Origin: Utricularia gibba
Lineage: Eukaryota > Plantae > Magnoliophyta
Assembly: GCA_002189035.1 (NCBI GenBank)
Contig: NEEC01000015.1
Coordinates: forward strand, 806,001-870,000
Direction of reading: 5' to 3'
DNA: 64,000 nucleotides
The translations under genes were made by a program, and so were the position numbers. Numbering within the stretch: position 1 is the stretch's first letter; each line of letters begins with the position of its first letter. The notes beneath the pieces are model-generated. The model saw nothing but the letters and a program-made list of their open reading frames with translations. It had not been told where the DNA came from and ran no database searches. Of this stretch, positions 11,125 to 22,065 are shown one piece after another.

Positions 11125-12425
11125 ATGTCTTCCGACAAAAACGCTAAGAAGGCAAATCTCTTGGACCATCACTCGATCAAGCACATCCTTGATGAATCCG
11201 TCACTGAGGTACTTGGATATACGCATCGTTTGATAGAATTTCGGGGTTTATTTACTTATTTGTGTTGGGAAATCCTGGTTTCCACGACTTTTAGTTGTTT
11301 TCTGTTGTAGATCGTGACTGCCAAAGGGTACCCGGAAGATGTGAGGCTGAGCAACCTTCGCTTGTTACTTGGGTCAATCGTAATCGTGATTGCTCTATTT
11401 GCTCAGTTTTACAACAAGAAATTTCCTGAGAATCGCAATTTCCTCATCACTTGCATTGTCTCATATCCTTTTATTAATCATGTGGGTGACGAGATGGTAG
11501 CGTTTGCTGTCATATGTTTGGCAAGTAAATTGCACTATTCAAATATTATTTCCGTTTCTCCGTTTACGGTTCCCTCTATTTTTTGAATTTATGTTCCTTG
11601 ACGGTGGCAAATATGTTCTGGTGAATGGGGTATTGCAACTGATCATACACTTCAGGGAAAAGAACGCCATTCTGTTCACCTATCCACCTCCTGTGAGTTT
11701 TTTCCTTCTGTGGTTTACTTCCATTGGAAACTTCATTTAAAGGGTGGTTTAGATTTCTTGAACGCTACCATTGTTATTCTTCTCCGGTGTATGGTTTTAT
11801 TTTTCTTGAGGGGGATGCCTTGGCTCAGTTCCTTGTACTCATAATCCAACAAGCTTGTCTTTAATGTTCGATTTAAGGATTCACTTCCACTGGAAGATAG
11901 TTCTATAGACTTTTAACCTTGAAGGAGATGTTGTCCCCTTGTGTCTTCTTATTCCTTTAGTAACTAACAGTTGCAATCATTTTGCTCTCAAGCCAACTCT
12001 CCTATAGGTTCAGCCTGTATTCTCTCTTTTTTTTTTCTGGCCAAGAGTTTTATATGATGGAATTGCTCAACAGGGATCTTTCACCTCTACTGGCCTGCGA
12101 TTGACTTCCAAACTTCCAAGATTCTCAGATATCTACACTCTTACAATTGCAAGTGCAGATCCACAGTCAAAAGCTGCTAAACCCACAGTCGAGCTGTCCA
12201 AAAGTGTCACGCGCTGGTAATTTTACACCATTCCGTTTCTACAATTTGCCCGATGGCAGATCACCTTCCCTCATTTCCATTTATGCCATCCTTTTATTTT
12301 TCCACGCACTGATAATCTGTCCTTGCAGGTTCACCAAAGATGGTGTTCTGGTTGAAGGCCTTCTGTGGAAGGACGTGGAAGCCCTCATAGACGAGTATGC
12401 CAAGGAGCCCAAAAAGAGCAGATAA
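11125..12425 (+). CDS. SPCS2: Signal peptidase complex subunit 2 (SPC25); exons 11125-11208, 11311-11462, 11611-11692, 12074-12216, 12329-12425
   Basis: KKANLLDHHSIKHILDESVTE, GYPEDVRLSNLRL, EKNAILFTYPP, SKLPRFSDIYTL, WFTKDGVLVEGLLWKDVEALI. Confidence 0.93.
11463..11610 (+). other. U12-type (minor spliceosome) intron with AT-AA termini in SPCS2
   Basis: 5' site ATATCCTTTT and branch site TTCCTTGAC (11594-11602). Only a 3' junction after AA at 11610 keeps the conserved reading frame. Confidence 0.85.
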
Positions 12426-12762
12426 AGGTGTTCCGTTTCATTGGGGTTTGGTATTTGAAGGCAAGATTCATTTCACGGTGGCAGTTGGACCCCTTCCGCG
12501 ATAAGAACTTGGTTTCTCTGCTACATTTGTGATTGCATTCTGATCCAGATTATCAACACCTCTACGCAATGCATTTTCCCATCAAACCAATCATCAGTAC
12601 CCTCAGTATAGTTTGTAATCAAATTATCGAATTTTTCTAGAAACCTTGTACGATGTGAGTTATTGTTCGGGATATTTACACCGTAACCGTACAAGACTTG
12701 CACTCGACAGATAAACACTGTCAAATTAAAGCGAGATAGACTAAACTTGGGGACTAGAATTG

Positions 12763-12924
12763 GGCAGGGGCCGCGCGGACGCAGGCCCCCTCTCAAACAA
12801 ATTACGACGTAGGCTCGACCACTTGGGCCGACCTTAGGCGGGCGCCCCTCCCAAGTGCAATGGAGGTCGCCAACCCAGGCCATGGACACTCCTGATCGTA
12901 CATCGACCCCGTCCAGGTAAGTAT
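12763..12924 (-). ncRNA. U1: U1 spliceosomal snRNA (variant)
   Basis: Minus strand reads ATACTTACCTGGACGGGGTC..., with U1A loop ATTGCAC, Sm-site-like AATTTGTTTG and terminal stem AGGGGGCC...GGCCCCT; about 162 nt; USE and TATA-like element upstream. Confidence 0.93.
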
Positions 12925-12948
12925 TTATCACGGTGGACGCCCCTCCCC

Positions 12949-12999
12949 TGAAATACTACAGCCTCTCCCATCCAAATACTTCCACTTCCGATGTGGGGT
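12949..12999 (-). promoter_or_regulatory. snRNA promoter: USE (ACCCCACATCG, -75 to -65) and TATA-like TATTTCA (-31 to -25)
   Basis: One mismatch to the plant USE consensus RTCCCACATCG; the 33-bp USE-TATA spacing is the Pol II snRNA type. Confidence 0.8.
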
Positions 13000-13581
13000 G
13001 CGATCCTGACGCCTAAAACGTTCCTGTGTGCATGACATTAGAAGTCACAGACAAACAAACAATCTCTCATGGAGAAGAATCTCCACAGGAAAAAAGAACC
13101 CTGAAAGCTTAGTATTCCAAAATCGAGAAGATATCGACTTCCCGGTTTCTGTCATTGTTTCACCGCACATTTCATAGTGCACAAGAACGTTCGAATTGCT
13201 TTGGTGGTGATCATGTTCATGACATCTTAGATGAAGAAAACTTGGAAGTGTCATTTTGCCTTTTGCATCGTAAATGGCAGTTTACATGTCCACTACAATG
13301 ATTTGGAAGTTGATAGGTACACAGCACTGCAAGGAAAATGTGAATGGCACAAGATCACTAACTGTAGAGTGGCACAGCCGCACAGATTCATAGATTATAT
13401 GCTGAGTAATGAGTTCAAAAAAGCCTTCAAAAGAAGGCAAGTTCTGAGACACAAGAAGCTGCAAATGCTGTTTGCCTTCTGTACCATGGGATCCAAGTGT
13501 CTGCATGCTCACGGCTTCCATGAAAAGAATAGAAGAATATAGTAGAGATGGGGGGGGTATACGACCTGAAGCTTTCCCGAG

Positions 13582-15040
13582 CTAGGCAATAGGCTTGGAG
13601 TGCTTTTTGGCTTCGCCGTAGAGGAGAACACCGGCGACTGTGAGTGAGTATCCGAGCATCCCGGTGATCGATACGGGATTCCTGAAAATCAGTATAGAGA
13701 TCACAACCGCCAATGCTCCCTTTGCATTTCCAAGGACCTATAGGAGAGAGCAATGCAATAATGAAAAGGGGTAATACAGGGAGAGCATTCACTGAAACTG
13801 AAGGAAGCAGCAGGAAAGTACCTGGAGGGTGAGAGCACTTGTGTGCTTTGTTACTAGAAAATTTGTCAAGTTTACGAAATACGCGAGGGCGGAATTGAAT
13901 AGCAGTAACCAAATGATGCTCATATCGTTCCTTGCAAGGGCCAACGTGAGACCAAGTACATTTTCTTCCATAAAGAGAGTTGCGGGAAGTAGAAGTGCAA
14001 CAGCCAGAGGAGCCATGTACAAGAGCAGATTCATGGAATTCAGTTTTTCCCTTCAATAAAAAATGGTAGCTTTTCAGAATGACACCTCATAAAAGGCATA
14101 AATTAGAACCACAAACTTTTTAATACTACATAGAAGGAGCAATACCCTTCAGCAGAAAGCAAAATGCCTTGAACCACTGATTTCAGGGCCCTGGCAGCAG
14201 TTGCACCAACGCACATGATAAATCCAAACAGATGGAAACTCGGCTCACCCTAACAGCAGAAAATGCAAAAGAATCGTTTTCATTCTAGCAACGGCGGAAA
14301 ATCAGCTATCACACTAAATGAAAATATAGGAACCAAAAACTACCATTTCTCATTCAAGACAACCCCATCCCCAGAGACCCCATTGTAATAACAATAATTC
14401 AGCTATTCGGTGTTAAAAGTGATGAAGTATCCAATCAAACAAAATGCCACTAGCTTTCCCCTCATTTATTTATCAAAATGGCACATGGACGTTGAAAACT
14501 CAGAGAATTGAAAATGGAGAAAAGTTAATCAGCAACACTGTTAACAAATGAAACTACCCAAGCAATCAATAAAGAAGTAAGAGCACTTACCCCACTCGCA
14601 ATGATAACTCCTGTAACAACAGGTATTAGAGTGATGTAAGTCAACCATGCCTCTCTCTTCAGAGTCATCAAATAAGCAAAGATTGCGGTAAAGAATGGTG
14701 TAGTAGCGCCAACGGCCTGATTAAAGCTCACTGGCAAATACTTGAGGGAAATATTGCCACTAACAACCGAAAAACAAAATATCGCGCTAAGTGCACATAT
14801 TTTAATGAACTGACTTCTAGATTTTATCGTCTGCAACGGGACAGTCTTCATCCATACAATAGCGATGTAGCTCAACAACGAACAAACCGTCATGTGACAC
14901 ATCGTCAAGAAAATCGGATATTTGAAGCCGTAATTGCTCAATAAGTACTTGTTCAGTAACAAAACTCCAATGTTGGTAGAATACCATGATGCTACTAACC
15001 CGATCGTGAAAAGCCGACCGGACCCCTTCCCCGTCGACAT
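13582..15040 (-). CDS. Nucleotide-sugar / sugar-phosphate transporter (TPT/NST family, At3g11320/At5g04160-like); exons 15040-14591, 14249-14146, 14050-13822, 13737-13582
   Basis: [73 protein letters not shown]; phases consistent. Confidence 0.95.
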
Positions 15041-15818
15041 CGTTGAGGCTAGAGAGGGCGACCGCGATCAATAAAACCCAATTCAGAGACAGCCCAGAAA
15101 CCGCATCAACGAGCGAGTAAATCTTGGAGGCGGGCTAGCGAAAGATGCGAGGTGGATCTACAAGGGCTGAAAAGGGATGATTGTGGTGAGACAAAAAACG
15201 GAGTCCTTGTAGCAACATTTCGGCGGTGAATCTGAGTAAAACAAAATAGTTCAAATCTCACCGAGACCCATTAAAAAGGAAAACTTAAAAACCGATCAAC
15301 TTACATGTGCAATTAAACGGAGAGGGGTATCCAACAGTGAAAACCCTCAGGGATGAGATGCAAACTGCGAAGCTTCCTCTCTTTCTGAATCCGCGGGTGG
15401 CGGCCGCCGCGTTGTGCTGTACGACCGACGAAAAATTCTGTGTTCCCACCAAAGAAAACGAAAAAGAAAAAGTAAAATTCCTGATTACATAACAATATAT
15501 TAATCAAAATTTTGAACATACCGTCTTCAATCAATTGCATATACAATCTCAAAAACAAAAATCAATTGCATATACAGTAATCTGATTTTACATTATTACG
15601 GAAAGGGGATCTTCTACATGAGCTTTTGCATAGATGGGGTATTGCAGGATGAGCTGGATGCACTGTAACACGAAGAAGGGGGGAAGCAAGGAATAAGTCG
15701 GTTGACTAACTGACCCATTCTACCTGAGTGGAGTTTATGATCGAGTGCGAGATTGGGGAAAATCAGACGAGAAACAAATAATGGAGCAATCAATTGGTAA
15801 GTATAACAGCTCACCATT

Positions 15819-16302
15819 TCAATGATAACCGACCAAGAAAGAGAACTGAAAAAGTAAGGACTATGAGAAAAACCAGGAGAAAGGTTCTGCTACTGGTATT
15901 CCTTTTAACTCTCTATAGCCAACCTCCACATTCCTTGTAGCTTCAACTGCCTAGATTCCCCACAATACCTTTCTCAAAGCTGCTTTCGAGAAAGATGACC
16001 TCTGAAAACACCTAGGCATGATAAAGATGTCATCAGGGATGCAATTTTGGACTGATAAAATGCAACTAAAAATCAATCTCACGCAATATTAAAACTTGAA
16101 GTCTCACTACAATAACAAACAAGTAATGCCCCAACGGCATCCACGATCTTCGGATGAAACCACTAATATATCAACTTAAGGAACGACTTAACCTCATTAT
16201 ATCCTATATTCAAGGCACGACTTAACCTCATTTATCCTACATTCAAGGCCGCCCGTCTCACCGCCTCTTAAAATCCTCTGCTCTATCCCTAATTTTAGAC
16301 AT
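15819..16302 (-). pseudogene. SYP81: Syntaxin SYP81 (Ufe1/syntaxin-18 type) pseudogene with frameshifts and a large internal deletion
   Basis: Remnant exons 16302-16227 (MSKIRDRAEDFK.AVRRAALNVG.NE), 16051-15969 (SKIASLMTS.IMPRCFQRSSFSKAALRK) and 15950-15819 (AVEATRNVEVGYREL..RNTSSRTFLLVFLIVLTFSVLFL) match the recalled SYP81 N- and C-termini. There are at least four frame disruptions, and only 18 nt separate exon 2 from the last exon. Confidence 0.85.
16183..16249. repeat. Two-copy ~34-bp tandem duplication spanning the SYP81 exon-1 donor site
   Basis: ACGACTTAACCTCATTATATCCTATATTCAAGGC followed by ACGACTTAACCTCATTTATCCTACATTCAAGGC. Confidence 0.9.
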
Positions 16303-16962
16303 TTCACTACAGCGGGTGCCGTATGAATGATCTGCACAGAGACGTAACTGCAGCGATTCAGAACTCCTCCTTCCCAAAAAAATGACTACAAAATATGAAA
16401 ACACGCTCGCATTCCATGAGAAAAAACCCAATCCCCGATGGATTCAACAGCCACAAAAAGAAGCAATCAAGAAGCGCAGAACGGGTCAAGTCCAACATGA
16501 ATCCCAACAGGATCACACTGATCTTCTCATATAAAAGAAAATGAGTTGAATTTCACCTCTACTTGCGATGATGAGCAACTGGAAAACACGAAATGCGTCG
16601 TCAGGGTCTCAAACAAAACGCGCGAGAAGAAAGGCGCCACTGTTGGACCCATTTTCCCTACTTCAGGTCCAGATGCAGGCCCAATCGAATTGTTGCTCAA
16701 ACTCAGCCCAAATTCTTAAAAAAATTGAAATACGAAATATTGCTGATATATTCGAATTTATTATTTAAATCGTTAAATATTTATTTTTCAAATATCTCTT
16801 GAAAATCTGACCTAAGAAAAAAGAAATAAATAAATAAACAAACTAACCCCAAGCGAAAGAAGGTATGATATGAAGTAGGAATGGCGGACGCCGTATCAAT
16901 GATTAGTCAAATCCTTCTCCAACTTCATCGTTGAAGCCATCACTTCATCCTTCGACATTCAC

Positions 16963-18257
16963 ATGCCGATCATGTATTCGTATCTCGACGGGCAAATTGG
17001 CCTGGAGACCGTCCCGGAGGTTCCGATGCCGGAGGAAGTCTCCGTCTCCGATCGCCATGAATCCGAGCTCCAGTTCTTGGTCGGAGTGATCGGCGCACCG
17101 CTGATCCCCATCCCAGTCGCTGGCGATCGAATTATCAACGAGAACATCAATGGATGTCCTATCGTAAGCGATCCCTGCAATCTCATGAATACGGTTTAGA
17201 TTTGACCGCTCCTTGCTTTCCATATTTCGTGCAGAAAAATTCGATGGCTAAGTACATTGTCAAGCAGTATATCGCGGCGGTCGGGGGGGAGGCAGCTTTG
17301 AACTCGATCGAAAGCATGCACGCGATCGGAAGAGTGACGATGGCGGCGTCGGAGTTCGTCGAAGGAGACCGGTCTGATTCAAAATCGGACAAATTGAACA
17401 AGAAGAAGAATATGATGAAGCAGGGAGGTGAAATAGGTGGATTCGTTCTATTCCAAAAAAAGCCTGATTTCTGGAGCTTCGAGTTGATGGTTTCCGGCTA
17501 CAAATTCAGTTCCGGCAGCGACGGCAAGGTGGCGTGGCGGCAAACGCCGTGGCAGAATTCATGCACTTACCCTCGTCCTCTCCGCCGATCACTGCAGGTG
17601 AAAAAATCGCTACCTGGTCAAGTTTCAGCTGATTTTCTTGACAAATCACTTTTTCCGAAACTTTCCATCAGATTGAAAAATCAATCCTTGTGATCATGGC
17701 ATAAATCTAACCATGGTCAGTCAAATTAACCATGGCCTATTTTTGTTAACTGGAGTTTTAGGTTCTTTGGGTTGGTGTTCTTCATGCAGGGACTGGATCC
17801 AAGAACAACAGCCAACTTGTTCTCCAAATCCATCTGCTACGGAGAGAAGAGTGTACAAAACGAAGACTGTTTCGTGCTGAAGATGGAGCCTGAAGCAGGA
17901 GCGCTTATGCTCAGAAGCACTCCAGACGTTAAGATCATCCGTCACACGTTATGGGGCTGTTTCAGTCAGAAAACAGGGCTTCTGATCCAGCTCGAAGACG
18001 CTTACATGCTGAGGATGAAACTGGAAAACCAGACCGTTTTCTGGGAGACGAAGACGGAGACTTCGATCGAAGACTACCGGAGAATTGATGGGGTCAGCAT
18101 TGCTCATGAAGGGCTAACAAGCGTTTCGCTTCACAGGTACCTGGAGAACGAGGAGAGGCACTTGAGGACGAGGATGCAAGAACGTTGGAGGATTGAAGAA
18201 ATAGACTTCAACATCAAGGGGCTGTCAGCGGATACTTTCCTCCCCCTGGCGAGTTGA
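16963..18257 (+). CDS. DUF620 family protein; exons 16963-17163, 17235-17597, 17790-18257 (to 18400 if a 1-nt deletion at 18242-18246 is corrected)
   Basis: GLETVPEVPMPEE, LQFLVGVIGAPLIP, AKYIVKQYIAAVGG, GKVAWRQTPW, GLDPRTTANLF, RHTLWGCFSQKTGLLIQLED, EEIDFNIKGLS. Confidence 0.9.
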
Positions 18258-18678
18258 AAACAGGCGATGGTGGCTCAGTGAAGAGAAGTGACATGGCCTG
18301 TGAGGATGAAACCTTGGAGCAGAACCAAAGGAAAGAGCAATGTCTAATCAGACCAAGTTTTGTAGAACTAGAAGTAGCTTTGGGGCAGCAGATCAACTAG
18401 AGTTGGCAGATTATATATAGCATGATTACGATTTAGTATAATACAATGAGATTATATTGTCACAAGCCACAATGTATGCACAATAAGCCTGATTTATGCA
18501 ATAAAAAGCTGCACAAAGAGCAAGGTCGCTGGCTTAAGGCATGGAAAGGAAGTTGGAGAGAACGATTAATGATTCTTCACATGAATGAAATAGATAAAAC
18601 CAACTCATCAGCAAAGCTCAAATCAACTAAAAATGCACCTGTTTTACAAAACTCAGAGGATGGTCTGATAGTAGAGTT

Positions 18679-20673
18679 TCACTCATCTGGTTGGAAGAAG
18701 GTGTAATCTGATGCGGATTCATTTTTCATGCCCTGCAGTAGATTGTGATGGTATGTAATGTTGATAAGATTAAAAAAAAAAGACCTTAAACAGAGGGTAT
18801 TACGAGATAGAATACCTCATTTGCGCCTGATGATCCTGGAGGAAGGACAGGAATAAAAGAGCTCCAAGTAGCAGGATCAGCTAAGGTGTCTATGGTGTTG
18901 TAGTGTGTGAGAAGGGGAGCTGAGAGAAGAGAAGACAGTGGGTATGCATCATTTTCCAGTGGGACTCCGCCGGATTGGAATTGCATCTCGTCATCACATA
19001 ATTTGTCAGACAGCTGCAAGAGTTCAGGATCGGCTTGATTATCCTTCTCATTACCCTCGTCATCCTTATCTTTGGCCTTCGATACTTTCTCTTTCAGTTG
19101 AATATAGGCAGCTGATTGCATCAGAATGCTCATAGCAGATATCCTGGTGTGCTTTATTTTCTCTAGAGGTACACCTAGACACGGCATTTGAAAGGGTTCT
19201 GTGGGCTGGACAAGCAATTCAAGGCTTTCAACTTCACTTGCTATATCATCAGGGCATCCCTCTGTTTTCTCTGAGGCTTTGGAATGTACATCAGATGAAT
19301 TAGATCTGTTTGACGACCACCATTTGATGTAATTCGACAAATCAATCTTCCTTCCACTGCTTAAGCCAACTCTGCTCAAACCCTCACCTGCATCCAGCAA
19401 ATAAATGGAGTCCGATTCGTCAAATAGAGATAATAACACAAACTGCACATGGAATTCAGCCAGAAACGTTATCTTACCATAAAGTTCATGATATGCTTCA
19501 TTTTTCTGTGTATGATCACATGGCGTATCCCAACGGCTGCTAGAAAATGAGAGCCAGCGATAAAGATTGGCTATGAATGAAAAAACGAGCATAACTGATG
19601 ACTGACCAATTCACTATTACTAACAACCATGCTTAAAAGAAGAAAGTATGCATGTCTAGTTTGTACCTGGAAACAGTCCTGTATTTGGACATTCCCCTGG
19701 AGAACCCACTACTCTTCCTGCAGCAGACACAATGGGTAAACGCTAAAGGAATATGAGACAACCTTAAGAGGAAAATTGAAGTTACCTTCGGAGTGATGCT
19801 AAATACTCCTCCCTTGAAACATTTTGCATTTCCTCAAGGTCCCTGGCATAGTCTTTTACCTGCATTTCTATGTAGGTCATAAAAGGAAGAAGAACATATA
19901 ACTGCAAAGAAAAAGACATTACTTGAAAGTTAATATGTGTTCCGGGGCCCCAGTATTTTAAGGCAGCTAGATCATATGCTCTTGCTGCAGCTTCCTCTTC
20001 ATCATAGGCACCTTAATACAGAGTTCACAAAATTTTACCAACAGCCCTTTTTCCAAGATTCAAGCGACAAAAATGACATACACTTACCCAAGTAAACTAC
20101 CCAAAGGAATCACAGATGGAAGTTCAGTTTTCCAATGACGAAGCGGTTAAGGGAAACAGGAGATAAGTTAGAAACTCATGTATACAATCAACAGCACCAA
20201 CTGGCACACGAATCAAATACAGTACCTTGTTTTCCTTTCTTATTTTGGATTTCGTTCCAAGTGCTTTTATCCCAAAGATGCGCTTCATATCTGCCCGTCC
20301 ATCTATGCCTGCGCGTGTTTAAGGAAGATATCCCATTTAACTGTTAAAAATCCCACAGCGGGAAATAGGGTTCTCAGGAGCACACACCCAGTTCTCCGCA
20401 GGACACCCAAGATTAGAAAGCGTTTACAAACTTTACTACAAGAGCTAATTGATCATACCTGGTAACGCCTCGATAAATGGAGCTGCGTTTCCCAGCAGTG
20501 CATGGCGGCATTCTGCTTATTCGATCTTTGGCAGTGCATCCTCTTTCTTTCTTCGCTTTCTTAATCCCTCGGAAGAGTAGCTGTTGATCGCTCCATAAAG
20601 ACGCCCCAGCCTCAGAGCTCGCTAGACCGCCAGACGCTTCGGGTCTCACTGCTTTCTCTGATGATGAGGCCAT
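18679..20673 (-). CDS. AP2-like ethylene-responsive transcription factor (At2g41710-like; one full AP2 domain plus a partial second)
   Basis: [48 protein letters not shown]...[30 protein letters not shown], then [14 protein letters not shown]; splice phases checked through the AP2 region. Confidence 0.92.
20088..20096 (-). other. 9-nt microexon (TTTACTTGG, encoding the VYLG motif) of the AP2 gene
   Basis: GTAG|TTTACTTGG|GTAAGT; its inclusion restores KQ-VYLG-AYD in phase. Confidence 0.9.
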
Positions 20674-22065
20674 AGGACCTGCTGGGAACTCGAAATCGAT
20701 CGGGTCAATGAAAACGGGACACAATCCAAACCAAAAAGCGCAAGAACTTGAAATTTCGAGAACACCTCAAGCGCGCAACATCAACGGCGTTCGTGGGACA
20801 TTTTTCCTAGGAGTCAACTTTTTTCCATGTTTCCCAAAACCGCCCAAGGTTCTCCACAGTCGGCAAGAGAGACTACGCAGTACGCGTGAGGCGTTCAACG
20901 TTATCCAGGAGCTCCCTTAAATTTGAATTTGAAGTTCAACTTCAACTTGACTCAAGAAAACAGAAAGTTCAGTAGGATACATTTTCAAGGCGGGATCTAG
21001 GGTTTATGTCGTGTATATTTTATGATAAAACGTGTCGGTATGGAATAATTTATTTCATTCAAAAAATGACTACAAATTTAGAAAGCTTATTATTTTTTAA
21101 AATTATCTACTCTTATTTTCTATTTATTCAAATATTATTTGAGAATCAAAATTAGATAGAACATTCATTCCACAAAGGCGGTTCTTTGAATTCAATTTAA
21201 AGACAAATAATTTAAAATCTTGAAACTCAATATAATAAAGAACAAAACAAACAGTTCAAATTTGAATATTTGTATAAATTTTAAATCTATTTAACTTTTT
21301 TTTAAAATAGAAGAGGGCTGCATTCTATTTAACTATTTAATATAGAAAAATAAATATATTGTTTTTATATCTTTTATACTAGGATCAATTTTTTATGATC
21401 ATTTTATCATACATTCAAAGATAGAGAAGAATGGTCATTTTTCTAATATATTCTAACTATAGTGAATGTCCTTGGGGTTCTACTATTCCAAAATACTTAC
21501 TGGTTTTTAGACAATAAATATTCTCTTGGAAAATAGTTTTTAGAGAAATGATCATTCATTTGTTGAAATTATTTTACCAAATACGAATTAAAAAATGGTA
21601 GGAATTAAACTCAATGTTTTCTTTAAAGAATCTAAGAATTTATTTAAAACAATTTTATTATCAAATGACCCTCATTTTCCCAGTTGTGCAAGTGTTGATA
21701 TTCTTTTGAATCTATTTCCTGCTGGTAAATATCGACGTCGAGGATGTTCGAGAATGTTCTGGACTAATTGGGGCAGTCCATGGACGTGATGCGACCCGTA
21801 AACGAATTCCCGCCACACATGCATTTACTATTATTATTTTTAGCAATCAGGACACCCACCTACAATTACATGCACCCCCCAGTGTGGTCCCGTCCCAGTC
21901 ATCTTGGCCACGACGGGGATATTATGTAATGGCGTGGACACGTCATCTTCGAACACGTACTCGTGGGTGTGCGCTGTTTATGGCGGCTACTCTCCCTCCC
22001 CGCCGCGTGTGGAGCTGCTGATAAAAGCAGTTCCCTTTCTCCTGCACAAGAAAACGGATGGGGTG

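Noticed and set aside
12521-12931. 136-aa minus-strand ORF (MINTYLDG...)
   Set aside because: It is a chance reading frame across the U1 snRNA gene and has no protein motif.
13040-13540. Several 70-100 aa ORFs downstream of the sugar transporter
   Set aside because: No motifs; the position fits the transporter 3' UTR and the U1 upstream region.
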